A stretch of 64,000 nucleotides of DNA, taken from the NCBI GenBank assembly GCA_977018835.1, contig OZ361257.1:1-64000 (forward strand). The letters run 5' to 3'. The stretch comes from Minutocellus sp. GHC0000111 (taxonomy: Eukaryota). Under the pieces are notes generated by a model, which was not told the DNA's origin, ran no database searches, and worked only from the letters and a program-made list of their open reading frames with translations. Position numbers and translations under genes: made by a program. Shown one piece after another: positions 11,686 through 25,072 of the stretch (the first letter of the stretch is position 1; every line of letters begins with the position of its first letter).

Positions 11686-14280
11686 ATGGCCGTCGACTCC
11701 TCCTCTCACGGCGGCGTCTCCGGCTCGTCTTCCACGGCGGGAAATGCCCCGGCGGGACAGGGATATGCCATCGACGTCCGCATCTTCCTCCTCATCATCA
11801 CGACGGCCATGGCCGTCTCCTTCGGCGCCGGCGTCGCCTTCGGCCCGACGACGGCCGCCGAGCTCGCCGCCGTCCGGGCCATGAGCGCCGCGGCCCGCGA
11901 GAAGCAGGCCCTGGTGTCCGCTGCTGCTGGTGCGGGCACTGGCAATGCTGCCGCCAGCCTCGGTCCGCCCGACGGCATCGGCACCGGCAAGAAGCTCAAG
12001 CAGCCCCGCCGCCATCCGACCGCCCACTCCGTCGAGCTCGGGGCGCGCATCCGCGATGCCGACTCCCGCCAGAAGAAGCTCAACGAGCACCACGTCAACT
12101 ACGAGACGCCCTCGTACGAAGATCTGGGCGACGGTCAGGTCGTCCAGCGGGCCTCGGCGCACGACGTCAGCGGTGCCGGTGGCGTCAGCGAGTATGACGA
12201 CGACGACGAGGAAGACGAACACTTGCCCCAGGGCCAGCATCTGCTCGTGGACATCAAGAACGTCGAGGCCGACTTTCTCAATTCCGAATCCCGTCTGGCC
12301 GATGCCATGATATCCGTCGTGAGGAGTGCCGGGTTGACGTTGCTGTCGTACCATTGCCATTCCCTCACCCCCGCCGGTGTGTCCTGTGTGGGCGTCCTCC
12401 TCGAGAGTCACATTAGTTGCCACACCTGGCCCGAGGAGGGGGTCATCACCCTCGACTTGTTCACCTGCGGTCCCAAGGGGTTGCTCCCCACCATCCCCGA
12501 CATCGAGACCAAGTTCGGCATCCCCCGCTGCGGATCCGGCAGTGCGGCGGGGGAGGCCTGTGCCAAGCCCTCCGACGAGGTCAAGGCTCTGTGGGCCCAC
12601 GAGCTCCGGGGATTCCGCCATCCGACCAAGCGCAAGAACAACTACCTGGACGACACGTCCGATCTGGCCTTTTGGGTCACGTCCAGCATGGACATGGCCG
12701 TCAAGGAGCAGATCGTGTCGACCGAATCGCAGTACCAGCGGATTGACATTTGGGACATTCTGGACGTGGACTACACCCCCAGTTACAAGGACGGACTGAA
12801 GCACAACCTGACCATTGACGATCCTCGCTGGATGACCAACGAGGTGGCCAGTCCGGAACGGCTGCTGTTCCTCGATGGTACTCTCCAAAGCATGTCGGAT
12901 TCAGAGCAGGAGTATCACGAGGCCCTGGTCCACCCGGCCATGTTTGCCCATCCCAATCCCAAGCGCGTCGCCATCGTCGGCGGAGGCGAGGGCGCCACCC
13001 TCCGCGAGGTCCTCAAGCACGACACCGTCGAGTCCGCCACCATGATCGAGCTCGACGAGAAAATGGTGGAAATTGCCAAGCAGTACCTGCCCTTCATGTC
13101 CGACTGCTCCGACCTGGTCGGGTCGGCGCCCAGCTGCTTCGACGACGAGCGTGCCGAGGTGCTGATCGAGGACGGGCGCAAGTACTTTTTCGATCGGTAC
13201 GGTGCCGATGCCGTCGTCAAGGACGAGGACCAGTTCGACGTCATCATCCTGGACGCCCTGGATCCCGAGGACGACACCGTCATTGCGGACATGTTGTACA
13301 CCGACGACGACTTTCTGACCGCCCTGTACAAGTCCATGTCGGACGATGGCATCCTCATCATTCAGGTTGGTACTGCACCCTCCATTCATGATCCCCGCCC
13401 CGACCTTGGCGTCTACGCCCGCCGTGAGCTCATGTTCAACCTCCTCGAGGGTCACTCCGAGACCAGCCACATGTTTGTGTACGAGGAGGCCCACTGTGGT
13501 TTCCTCGAGCCGCATTCCTTCCTCGTCGTTTGCAAGTCCGACTCCTGCCACAAGCGCTGGTACGCCGAGGCCGACGAGATCGACTACGCCATCTACGATC
13601 GCATCCGCGATACCAAGTCGGAGCAGCGGGCCCTCGTTCACTTTGACGGGTCGACGCAGAAGTCGTACCAGGTTCCACCTCGTGCGTGGGAGACTGTGTA
13701 CTGCCGTCGCGATCCCGAACCCTTCGAGTGTGCCTACCGTGGTTTGGACCTGACCAAGGATATTCACGACCTCGCCTGGGACGAATCCGAGGAGGAGGAA
13801 TCGTCCTTTGAGATCAAGACCGCCAAGAATGAGAAGACCGGGGAGGAGGAAACCCGTGTCTACGCCACCGAGGATATCAAGAAGGGAGACTACGTCATGG
13901 CGTCCGACCTTGCCTCTTCCTTCGCCGTCAGCGATGATTCCCTCGCCAACCTTAAGAAGAATACCGAGATTGTCGGGACGGGCCGCGTCACCGTCATTGA
14001 AGACTTCCTCGAATTTGTGGACTACCACGGCCACCATTCCAAGGCCCAGGGCTCCACTGCCAACTACGTTGAGGTTGGTGGAACATTCATGATGAGGCGC
14101 ACCGAAGACGAGAGCAAGGCTAACGTTGGCAAGTGGATGCCCGACCATCCCTCTGGCAAGATCCCCGTCTTTTCGCCCGTCTACGAGCGTCGCATGAAGT
14201 CATTTGATTTGTTTCTCGTGGCTACCCGCGATATCAAGAAGGGAGAGGAAATCCTCAAATACGAGAAAGTTTGGGAGTAG
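11686..14280 (+). CDS. Membrane-anchored AdoMet decarboxylase / aminopropyltransferase / SET-like fusion (long-chain polyamine synthase type)
   Basis: N-terminal TM helix; GQHLLVD..GVLLESHISCHTWPE (class 1 AdoMetDC); LFLDGTLQ, YHEALVHP, GGGEG, FDVIILD (aminopropyltransferase); VYATEDIKKG and VATRDIKKGEEI (SET-like). Intronless, 864 aa. Confidence 0.92.
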   Translation: MAVDSSSHGGVSGSSSTAGNAPAGQGYAIDVRIFLLIITTAMAVSFGAGVAFGPTTAAELAAVRAMSAAAREKQALVSAAAGAGTGNAAASLGPPDGIGTGKKLKQPRRHPTAHSVELGARIRDADSRQKKLNEHHVNYETPSYEDLGDGQVVQRASAHDVSGAGGVSEYDDDDEEDEHLPQGQHLLVDIKNVEADFLNSESRLADAMISVVRSAGLTLLSYHCHSLTPAGVSCVGVLLESHISCHTWPEEGVITLDLFTCGPKGLLPTIPDIETKFGIPRCGSGSAAGEACAKPSDEVKALWAHELRGFRHPTKRKNNYLDDTSDLAFWVTSSMDMAVKEQIVSTESQYQRIDIWDILDVDYTPSYKDGLKHNLTIDDPRWMTNEVASPERLLFLDGTLQSMSDSEQEYHEALVHPAMFAHPNPKRVAIVGGGEGATLREVLKHDTVESATMIELDEKMVEIAKQYLPFMSDCSDLVGSAPSCFDDERAEVLIEDGRKYFFDRYGADAVVKDEDQFDVIILDALDPEDDTVIADMLYTDDDFLTALYKSMSDDGILIIQVGTAPSIHDPRPDLGVYARRELMFNLLEGHSETSHMFVYEEAHCGFLEPHSFLVVCKSDSCHKRWYAEADEIDYAIYDRIRDTKSEQRALVHFDGSTQKSYQVPPRAWETVYCRRDPEPFECAYRGLDLTKDIHDLAWDESEEEESSFEIKTAKNEKTGEEETRVYATEDIKKGDYVMASDLASSFAVSDDSLANLKKNTEIVGTGRVTVIEDFLEFVDYHGHHSKAQGSTANYVEVGGTFMMRRTEDESKANVGKWMPDHPSGKIPVFSPVYERRMKSFDLFLVATRDIKKGEEILKYEKVWE

Positions 14281-14309
14281 AGAGTCCCGATTACGAATGT
14301 CTCGACATA

Positions 14310-15140
14310 TCATCTAACTTTAACTTTAAAGAAATGCTGTACGTAAACGATGGCCAAGTGCTGATCCATGATCCCCAGCCACTCTATTTCAAGGCTCTGT
14401 TCAGGATTATTTGCGCCATGAGCTAGCACGAGCGGATGCAGTTCGCCACCCTCTTCGTCTAATCTTACGACCCGTCGATCCATCGCAAGGAGCACCAAAG
14501 CATTGTGGTATGCATCCAATAGGTCAGGGTCGCCGACTTCGATACATGTCTCCTCCTTTCCAGCATAGACCAGCAGGGCAAGCGGTGGAACAATAGACCG
14601 CCGGCTTGGCGTTGCGTCAAAGGAGAGGATGCTATCATCGTCCATCAAAGAGTCACCAGACGTGAGAGAATTGTCACCGCAATTGTATCCGCACCCAAAC
14701 CCATTGAATGAGCTGCAGTCCCAAGTCAATGTGAGTTCATCCTCTGCGTCGCCGTCGTGAAACACGACATTACGACACATCTGAAATTCTACGCACTCTC
14801 CAAGCATGTTGTCTCCACCACACGCGGATTTGCAAAGAATTTTATCGCGAATTGCCGAGAAGACACTAAAGATACCACCGCCCTCGTCGTCATCTTCATC
14901 TGGGATGCAGCCAAACGCATTTCCACATGTTATTGTTGAGCCCAGGCAGCTCAGTCTCATGCTGATAGGGCTTGGTTTTGGCTTGGCGGGTCGTTCGTTC
15001 TGGTCCATTGTTTCCGTGGCATCAGATGTGGGCTCTGTGTTGATGCTACTGCTTTCGGTGCTTTGAGTTACAGCCGTGGAAATATCGTCATGCGCTAAAT
15101 CTACCACTAGTTTGCGCCATTCCTTGGTCCTTGCCGACAT
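14310..15140 (-). CDS. Hypothetical acidic, Cys-rich protein
   Basis: 276-aa ATG-initiated ORF with no recognisable domain. Confidence 0.55.
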   Translation of the reverse strand: MSARTKEWRKLVVDLAHDDISTAVTQSTESSSINTEPTSDATETMDQNERPAKPKPSPISMRLSCLGSTITCGNAFGCIPDEDDDEGGGIFSVFSAIRDKILCKSACGGDNMLGECVEFQMCRNVVFHDGDAEDELTLTWDCSSFNGFGCGYNCGDNSLTSGDSLMDDDSILSFDATPSRRSIVPPLALLVYAGKEETCIEVGDPDLLDAYHNALVLLAMDRRVVRLDEEGGELHPLVLAHGANNPEQSLEIEWLGIMDQHLAIVYVQHFFKVKVR

Positions 15141-15796
15141 TTTCCTCTATATGTGCTGGCCCTTCGTCGGAAGTGTCTTTATCCTGCCAACCGCTTCGTA
15201 AATTTCTTTAAGCGTTCCATCTTTGTTTCCTTTCTCGGTGGCGCCACGCCGAAGAAAGAATAGAGGAAATCCTGCTCATGTGGTAAGAGGTAATCCATGG
15301 CGATGTGATGTTATGATGATAGCTTGGCATCGGCAGCATGCCGACAAAGTAGGCTCTCGTATTCTGTATGTGCAAGGGGAGGACTCGACGCGAGGAGATA
15401 ATACATGTAACGCATGAAATATTTCCTTTTGTACCATTCTTCAGGATGAGCCGAGATGCAGCTGCCCAGCTACCCATCATTTGCTTGATTTCATTTGCTT
15501 TGGATGAAACTGTGAGCGTTCTTCTTCTTCGATACAGGAGCAGAGTTGCGCGTCGTCACGGGAAAAGTAAGTGCTCATTTCATTTATCGGAGCGAACTTA
15601 ACTTTCCCAACATTGGTGCGAACCCAAGTTTTCTCTCGCCAAAGAGCATCGAGCACCTTTGATTGGCACCAACAAGCGCATCCATTTGGCCATGTCTCCA
15701 ACCGCCACTGAATAAACGATAGCTTACCATCTCTCTTGCATTTCGATTGCATTGCCTGAAACGGAGAGATAAAGGCGCTGCGATCTCCTGACCAAC

Positions 15797-17329
<1,533 letters not shown>

Positions 17330-17515
17330 ATACCAGTCGTCGTAATAACAAAGGGTGATATAAATGAATATATATTATAATGCAATATGCTGTTGAGTTT
17401 TGCGGTGCAACTCTACAGCAGACGATGCATAGTTGTAGAAATATGATACAAAATTTATGTAAAGTTAGTGGGCCAAATGAATAGTGGCACCACCATGTGC
17501 ACGAGCAGACCGCAA

Positions 17516-18469
17516 CTAGATCTCAGACAACTTGCGCGTGTCTCCAATCCTATTGTTGAGGCTAATTTCCATTCCCTCGCCTTCGTACTCTTCCTCGTCT
17601 TCGTCATCGTCTTCTTTTCCCTCCTTCTTTTCTTCGTTGGTCTCCTGGTTGATGGCACTTTCCTCGTTGGTCTCGGCAGTCTTCTCGCTGTTGAGAAGCT
17701 CATTGATTGACTTCATGGTCTGCGTTTGAGTGATGGCAAGGCCCATGAGGCTTAGGTCTTCCTCAGCCATGACGTAGGCGGTAGTCAACCCATTGGCGGT
17801 CTGGTTGTATACCTGCGAGGCGGATTCGTTGAATTTGGTGAGATGATTCGACATTTCGTTGTAGGCCTTGGAATTTTCGACAGTTTTCCACGCCTTGGCA
17901 GATTCGTCGTTGAGGGTGGTCCATGCCTTGGACGTCTCCTCGTTGACGGCAGTCCAGCAGGCATCGTCGGGGAGGGGAACGCCGTATTCCTGGAGGACCT
18001 TTTCGATGCCATCGCGCTGCTCCACGACAACCTCTGTGACGGGCTTCTCCGTGCCCCCCGAGGATATTTTGACGGCCGATGCAAGGATGGCGTTGGCGTT
18101 CTGAACCTCCTCGCTGGTGGCGGTCTTGGTATTGTCGGTGGCCTCGCTGGCCTCTCGGGATTCCTCTGCCTGGATATCCTCATCGGGTTCAGCGTCACGC
18201 TGCAGCTCGGCGGCAAGGACGGAGGTTTGCTTGTTGTTTTCGGACTTGACGGTAAAGATCTTGATGGTGCTCGGCGTCCTGGAAAGGGCCTTGGCCTCCT
18301 CAGTTGCAACGGTGGGATCCTCGGCGGAGGCTGTATTATTGTTAATTACCTCCATGATGATAGATGGCGGCAGACTTATTATCTTGCTTACTTTGCAAAG
18401 AATTGGCTGGAGATTCTTGGCTGCACAATTTTTCACGGCTGAAACGAGAAGGAAGGAGCGACGGATCAC
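17516..18469 (-). CDS. Hypothetical acidic protein; true start may be a downstream ATG near 18355
   Basis: Long ORF with biased codons and a short internal repeat (NEETSKAW/NDESAKAW). Confidence 0.6.
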   Translation of the reverse strand: MIRRSFLLVSAVKNCAAKNLQPILCKVSKIISLPPSIIMEVINNNTASAEDPTVATEEAKALSRTPSTIKIFTVKSENNKQTSVLAAELQRDAEPDEDIQAEESREASEATDNTKTATSEEVQNANAILASAVKISSGGTEKPVTEVVVEQRDGIEKVLQEYGVPLPDDACWTAVNEETSKAWTTLNDESAKAWKTVENSKAYNEMSNHLTKFNESASQVYNQTANGLTTAYVMAEEDLSLMGLAITQTQTMKSINELLNSEKTAETNEESAINQETNEEKKEGKEDDDEDEEEYEGEGMEISLNNRIGDTRKLSEI

Positions 18470-18768
18470 TTATTTTCTCTTGATTTTTGCAGAAATGAGC
18501 GGTTCAAATGCAGTATGGATGGAACTGAAGGCGTAACATTACATGGTGGCATGCGCCTTGGCGGGCGCAACATGGCGCATGGAAACGTTGGCACTTCGTT
18601 GGAAGGTGCTGCTTCTTGGGTCATCAAGGCCAGAGATGCATTTTTGGCGGGGACGGCGTGCGCTGTTGGCCGGCCGGCTCGGTGGACTGACTCGACTCAC
18701 TCGAGTAGCGTCCTTCCGTCAACCGCCTCATCGCAGAATCAACGCTCATTTTTTCATGGGCTAAAATA

Positions 18769-21660
18769 ATGGCGACCAGCATGCATGCATTTGACTCTAC
18801 CGGCGAGGCGATGGGAGGAGACGCCGACCAGGGGAGCGGCGCCGACGAAAGGCTCCGAAATGCCCGATCACTCGTGGGCTTGTCCGAAGACAATAACGAC
18901 GAAGACGATAGTTCGTCGTCGAATGCCATAAACGAAACGCAAGACCAGAAGCAGCCGCACCCAATGGACGCCCAGGGCATGGCGCTGCTGCAGACCATCT
19001 TCGGTCCCGATGCATCTCGGGAGGAGCTGGAGCAGATCCACCAGACCAGGTTGGTGTCGCTCAATGAGAGCTTTGCTGCCGAGGCCGAGGCTGCTGGTAG
19101 TGCCGCTGTTGCTGGTCCTGGTGATGGCATTGCCTTGGTTGGAGACCAAGATGCAGGAAGGTTGCGGCGCGAAAGCGATGCGGATTCTCTGAATGCGGCC
19201 AATGCAAATAGGCGCAGTAATCGACAACGGCGGCGGAGAAGAGGGAAGGACGTGGCTCTGCCGGACGATTTCTTGACCATACCACCATCGACCATGGTCC
19301 TGCTCGGAGATGGAGAATGGAAGTGCGCATCCGAGTTGGAAGCCATGGTCCACTCCTCGCTGAGGATACAGCCCAATGAGTTTAGCCGAGAGGGAGAGTT
19401 TTACACGGCAGTTCTGGAACGCAATGAGGCCAAGCAAAACAAAAAGAATTATTTGTCAGGGGGTAGTCTGGGGATGACTCTGAGGCAGTATGAGGGGGTG
19501 GTGTGCGTCCATGCTTTGTCGTCTTCCAAAACTTTGACTGACGACGTGGTATGGTCGGGACCAGCATTTGACGCGGGGATACGCGTTGGAGATGAGATAT
19601 TGGGGGTCAATGGGGTGGCTGTTCCAGACAGCGGGGGTGATGCTGAGGGAACTCTCCCATTTGTGGTGGAAATGCTCCGCACCACGCCTGATCCGGTGGT
19701 GATTCATTTGCGTAGAGGAGACGGTCATGAATTCAACATTGTCCAAGACAATAGTAGCAACGTTTCCATTGACGCAGCAGCTAATAGAGACGTTGCTATT
19801 CCCAGTGCCCTTGGTGAAAAGAATGGGCCTTCACAGCAGGTCCAGGCGATCCATCCATTGGCTGTACTCCTGAGAGAGAGGGGAATATTGAAGACCATCG
19901 GAGAAGAACAGAGCGTCACGCGGCAAATTGATGAGTACACCGAGCGAACAAGGCAATGGGAAGCCACTTCGACTCTGTGCGTCGACGACAATTACAATCT
20001 CCGCGAAAATGGGCATACGCCAGGCATGAATAAGAGCTCTCATACTAATACCGGGGCCTGCACGCCGTCGACGCCGGTTCGAAGGCCGAGAAGGTCGGCA
20101 TCCGCGCCAGGATTTACAAGCCCTGCGTTTGCATCTCCGCCTGCCAGCCTCAAATATAATGGATCTATGCGTCATGAAACGCCTGTTCAGACCATTCGAA
20201 ATCGAGGTGTTGGTTATTCCGGTCATGCATTGTCTTTCTCCGGAACCCCAGCAAATGCATTGAATACAAAAGCAAGATATCTAGAGATGGGAGCTGTCCG
20301 CAAAGGTTTGTGCGTTCGCATACTGAACACATTTTCAGACGGAAACGACACCGCCTATACTATTTGGGTGTATGATTGCGAGGCAGAAATTGAATTTTAT
20401 GCCCCCGTGCGCTATTTTGATGACTTTGTAGATCTTCGCGCTGCTTCCACCCGTCTAATGAAGACTACTGAAGAATTTCCTTTTCCTCAAAAGAATTGGT
20501 TACCGATATCAGAGTCGGATGTCATAAAGGAAACGAAACGAAGACAGCTTGAACAGTTTTTGCGATCACTATGTGCGGTAACATACAAGTGTCCACTACA
20601 CCCTAACATGGTGGAACTTGCGATCCATGTACAATCGTTTCTTGGCTGTGACACAGGGGCTGGGTCCACTGAAAACAGCTTGATTCTCAATCACCAAACC
20701 ATATCAAACAACAGCTTGTACAGTGCCGATGGATTAGACAACGGCCACACGAACACTGAAAGACTGACGCGATCACAGTTGAAGGCTTCCATCCAGCGAT
20801 ATGTCTATCGCATCTTTCTGCTTCCTTGCATTGAGCAAGTTGCAGCTCAATTTGTTGATTCAGTACAAAGCGAAGTCCCAACTTTGGACGAAATGCGTGA
20901 GCTAGAGAGACGCAGTCTGGGATTGCTGAAAGAACGCGCGGCCAAGGCATTGGCAAAAACGCAACATTTCATTGACTCTTTTCAGGATCTTGTCTTTGAA
21001 GGATGCAAGGAAGATATGCTATCAATAGCCGACCATGACGACTATTCCTCGTTGCGAAATAGGATTGACAGTAAGACCGGAGAGTTATACTGCGAAGAGT
21101 TGTTTCGCCAGGCAATCAGAGAGCACGTTGAGATTGAGATATACGTTCCGCTCAGGAAAGCTATTTCGACTGTCCTTGTGAATGCTTTTCGCCACGATGA
21201 CATGTCGCTAAAACACAAAATGAATTCGTTGCAGACAAGGCCTCAAAGTTACTTCGATTTGCATCAACAGAGTGTAAGCGGCTGGGAAAGTGTGATTCAC
21301 ATCCTCAAAGAGGGCGTGGGTCGAAGTAGCTTGCCGTGCAAAAAACTGCGCGCAATAGTTGATGCGGCCAAGGAGATTTATTGCCTTCATGAAGAAGAAC
21401 GCCAAACAAATATTTCGCAACAAGAGAGTGGTGGCCAAGCACTCGAGGAATCGATGGAAAAGCTTGGTGCAGATGACTTTCTCCCCATTTTTGTGTTTTG
21501 TATCATCATGACCGACCTGGAGAGACCTTGCGCTCTTTGTGCTTTGTTAGAGGAACTATGCGACAAGCGAGCAAAGATCAGTGAAGTCGGATATTATTTG
21601 TCGAGCATTCAGGCAGCAGTGACCTACATTCAGGAGATGTCTTTGACGGATAAAATCTAA
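18769..21660 (+). CDS. PDZ-PX-VPS9 protein (putative Rab5-family GEF)
   Basis: PDZ (GSLGMTL..GPAFDAGIRVGDEILGVNG), PX (TAYTI..RYFDDF..FPQK..RRQLEQFL) and VPS9 (KLRAI..GADDFLPIF..GYYLSS). Confidence 0.88.
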   Translation: MATSMHAFDSTGEAMGGDADQGSGADERLRNARSLVGLSEDNNDEDDSSSSNAINETQDQKQPHPMDAQGMALLQTIFGPDASREELEQIHQTRLVSLNESFAAEAEAAGSAAVAGPGDGIALVGDQDAGRLRRESDADSLNAANANRRSNRQRRRRRGKDVALPDDFLTIPPSTMVLLGDGEWKCASELEAMVHSSLRIQPNEFSREGEFYTAVLERNEAKQNKKNYLSGGSLGMTLRQYEGVVCVHALSSSKTLTDDVVWSGPAFDAGIRVGDEILGVNGVAVPDSGGDAEGTLPFVVEMLRTTPDPVVIHLRRGDGHEFNIVQDNSSNVSIDAAANRDVAIPSALGEKNGPSQQVQAIHPLAVLLRERGILKTIGEEQSVTRQIDEYTERTRQWEATSTLCVDDNYNLRENGHTPGMNKSSHTNTGACTPSTPVRRPRRSASAPGFTSPAFASPPASLKYNGSMRHETPVQTIRNRGVGYSGHALSFSGTPANALNTKARYLEMGAVRKGLCVRILNTFSDGNDTAYTIWVYDCEAEIEFYAPVRYFDDFVDLRAASTRLMKTTEEFPFPQKNWLPISESDVIKETKRRQLEQFLRSLCAVTYKCPLHPNMVELAIHVQSFLGCDTGAGSTENSLILNHQTISNNSLYSADGLDNGHTNTERLTRSQLKASIQRYVYRIFLLPCIEQVAAQFVDSVQSEVPTLDEMRELERRSLGLLKERAAKALAKTQHFIDSFQDLVFEGCKEDMLSIADHDDYSSLRNRIDSKTGELYCEELFRQAIREHVEIEIYVPLRKAISTVLVNAFRHDDMSLKHKMNSLQTRPQSYFDLHQQSVSGWESVIHILKEGVGRSSLPCKKLRAIVDAAKEIYCLHEEERQTNISQQESGGQALEESMEKLGADDFLPIFVFCIIMTDLERPCALCALLEELCDKRAKISEVGYYLSSIQAAVTYIQEMSLTDKI

Positions 21661-21701
21661 TTTAATTTGAATACACTTGGAGTGCATTCACTATCTACTA
21701 G

Positions 21702-23766
21702 CTAGAGAGTTGTCGAGCTTCGCAGCCCACTGACCGGGCTTCCGGGCTCAAATTGCTGCTGCCTTTCTTTCCGATTTAGTTGAATCGACAATTCGCTCAA
21801 AAGCTTGTTCATATCCTCATCATTCTCATTCGAATCTTCGCGAAGGTAAGGAAATGATTTGTGCACGATTTCCAACACAATTTTCTGAGCCTTGCGATTT
21901 CGAAGATTGTAGTTTCGTTCTCTCAACACTTTCATCAATGTATAGACGAGGAGTTCCTCGTATTCGTCCATGGGCACGCTATCCTCGCGAATAGCATCGG
22001 TTTCGCCCTCATAGTCTCTCTTTTTATTCCTCTGGGGCGCATCTTCTTCAGTCTGTCGTCGCTGTATCAAAAAGCTTAACGCAATGACCACTTCCACGGC
22101 CATTACAATTGTGAATCCTAAATAAAGCATGCGATACGATGTCCGAAACAGTAGCGTTGAGGCAGCAATCGGGGCTATAGTTTGTGCCAGGGAAGTAGCG
22201 AAATTTGGCATTGCCGTTGCCCGAGCCGTGTATGCATGTGGAACAATGAGGGTCACATAAGTGAATATAGATGGTTGTACCTGAGAGCTACCGAGGCAGA
22301 ACAAACTAAATGCGAGGACCATGAAAGGGATTGAATTGGTAAACATGAGAATGAGGAAGCATCCCAACGTCAAAATGCTCCCCAAGACCATGGTTTCAAC
22401 CAATCCAACTTTTGATTGGATCCGATCAAACAAAACAAATAACCCGAGAGACTTGAAGGCAGAAGCAATGCCGATCACGATGCCCGTGTAGTCACTGCAT
22501 CCTCCACACCCTTGAGACCAAAATCTGGATCTTGCAAAACAAGAGGTAGGGTCGGAAGAACTCGACAAACAAACACATATAGCATCGAACGTCTCTGTGA
22601 GGGCCGCGATATTCTTCAGCCCTGGCCTTTGAGACAAGTGGCGACAGTTCCGACTGAAGGCCCATGGAGTGACTTGCATACGTTGTTCTGCGATCATAGG
22701 TCATTCTCCCCGTCTTGCGCTCAGGCTGAGCAGCCTCTAATCGACGAATTTCTTCTCGTTCTGCCTTGGAGATGATATCCCGACTCTCTGGCAGAAACGA
22801 AAACATGACCGGGATGAATCCTGCCACAACAACCGATGAAAAAACCAAAGGCGCTCGGTAGGATCCTGTTGCCTTGGACAGATAGGCACCCATTGCTGGG
22901 CCTAGCGTGAAGCATACTGAAGCGCAAGCGGGCACCATGCCGATGAACCTAGGTCGTTGGGCTGGGCTATAGATATCGGAAATGTACGCCACGGCAACGG
23001 GCTGGGTCCCACCAAACAACCCCCCGAGAAACAGACCCAATAGTAGCACCTCAAAAGTTTGTGCCGATGCTTCGGTAACATAGGCAACGAACGACCCAAT
23101 TAGTGTTCCCAATATAATTCGTCGTCGCCCGATGCTATCAGACCGAATCGGTATCCACAAATTCGATAAGAAGTTGCTAAATGCCCCAACACTAAATACC
23201 AGGCCCGTCATGGATTGCGGCACGCCAAACGAACTTGCAAAGGGCACCAATACGGGCAAACTTATGGATATGCCAATGAATTCCGTAGCCACGGCAATCA
23301 GAACCAATAGTGTCGCCGCCTCCTTCCGATAGGTCATGGGCAACCGCGATGCCGGTGAGTTGCGCTTGGCCGCAAAACGGGGAAAGGTTGTTGTGGACTT
23401 GTTTCGTTTCTTCCGGCTTGTGTCGGTGGTGGTAGGCACTACATCTCTCCAAAAGATGATGGAATTGCGATTCGCGACCGGAGTTGGAGGTTCGTCATTG
23501 CGTGGTATCTGTTGCTGAGTTCCATCGGCATGGTCAAGCTCAGACGATAGATTCGAGTCGACGAACATTTCATCGTCGTCGGTGGCATCAGCATCGTGCT
23601 GACCATCATCGATGAGAAAGGTCGCTGAGAGGCGTCGGGCCAAATTGTGCACAAGGTCCAAGGAGGCGAAGCGCACGTGCTTGGGAGAGGCTTCTGGTGC
23701 CGACGCCGACGCCGCCTCTGCTGCAGCGGCAGTTGCTTGGGGGTACTCGTCTGCTGGTTCGGCCAT
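21702..23766 (-). pseudogene. MFS (DHA1/TetA-like) transporter with its frame broken at about 22490-22550
   Basis: SDSIGRR motif A and GPAMG motif C. The N-half and C-half are in different frames, a third frame holds the plausible linker PLVLQDPDFGLKG, and no clear intron is present. Confidence 0.7.
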
Positions 23767-24004
23767 GGTGCCATGGGCGTCACTGCATGATGATGTGCTG
23801 CCAGAACGGCACACACGCCACCGGCCACCGGCGGGGCAGGGAGATCGCGAGAATGAGCCATGAGCTCCGGGTTCTTTTCGCCCTTTGCATCGCATGTTGG
23901 CAGTGCCCCATGGCTTGCTTCGCCGCTTCGCCGCTCGTCTGGAACTAGCAGTACCGTTCCTACCATACTGAAGGATTGATTCCAAATTATCCCAAAAGAG
24001 CACC

Positions 24005-25045
24005 ATGGCATTCGCTCTGTGTTTTCTCTTCATTTGCAGCACATCCGTATCAGCGTTTTATTCGTCTCCCGACCAGCAAAATGTAGCCCCGCCGACGGTG
24101 CCGGCATCGGCAGTTGCACCGGCACAAAAAAGCAACAAGTGCAGTCCCTTTCAGCGTTTGCCGAGGACAATGGAACTTCAGGCAACGCCATCAGAGCCGT
24201 CCGTGACGTCAATCTCATACATTCCATCACGCATAAACCTCGATGACGCGACTATATCATATCCGGAAACGCTCATGGGCAAACTGTTTTCCTCGGTGCC
24301 AAAACGCACATACGCGGTCGATCACATATCAACTTCGTTTGGCATCGCTGGCGATGGTATTCAATCAAACACACCCACAATACTGGTCGGTCGGAGTGCG
24401 AGTGGCAAATCAAGTCTTCTTCGTCTCATCAGTGGTGAGGATGTGCCGACGTCTGGAACAGTTGCCATTGAGGGATTGGCCAAGCCCATTATTATCGATC
24501 GGAAGCCACCCTTGGATGGCGATTCCAGGTCTGTTTTGGATGGAATCGTTGCATCGGCACTGCCTAAGAAGAAGGCTGGACAAGAAGGGACAAAGAAAGT
24601 TGATACCATTCAGCAGATTGCTATTGATTTTGCCACAACTCTGGGGCTGACATCAGAACAACTCCAGTCCAAGCCATCGAGTCTGAGCCCGTCGGGATTA
24701 TTCCTTTTTGGCATGGCACGTGGATGCCTTTGCAGTGCGATGCCTGCTATTGATGATATTGATGCTCAAGGACCCAACCCAGATAGTTCTACTTACAATC
24801 TTCCTAGTCCCATCCTGCTTTTAGATGAAATTTTCGACTTCGAGCACCCGGACGTTCCAGCGAGATGTTGTCCGGGTATTGATTCCTTGGTTCAAAATAT
24901 GGGCGCCGTGATAATTATTGCTACCCACAAGCCCCATCATTGGGAAGCACTACAAAGTCGACGAGTTGTGGCCCTTTCCAGTGGAAAGATACTGTCTGAA
25001 GAAGTGCTGGAAAAAGGAAGGTCAAATACAATGATTTACAAATGA
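24005..25045 (+). CDS. Stand-alone ABC ATPase domain protein with plastid-type presequence
   Basis: VSA|FYS presequence, Walker A GRSASGKSS, Walker B ILLLDE, H-loop IATH, degenerate signature LSPSG. Confidence 0.8.
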   Translation: MAFALCFLFICSTSVSAFYSSPDQQNVAPPTVPASAVAPAQKSNKCSPFQRLPRTMELQATPSEPSVTSISYIPSRINLDDATISYPETLMGKLFSSVPKRTYAVDHISTSFGIAGDGIQSNTPTILVGRSASGKSSLLRLISGEDVPTSGTVAIEGLAKPIIIDRKPPLDGDSRSVLDGIVASALPKKKAGQEGTKKVDTIQQIAIDFATTLGLTSEQLQSKPSSLSPSGLFLFGMARGCLCSAMPAIDDIDAQGPNPDSSTYNLPSPILLLDEIFDFEHPDVPARCCPGIDSLVQNMGAVIIIATHKPHHWEALQSRRVVALSSGKILSEEVLEKGRSNTMIYK

Positions 25046-25072
25046 TGTGATTGATTGATTTATACTACGAGA

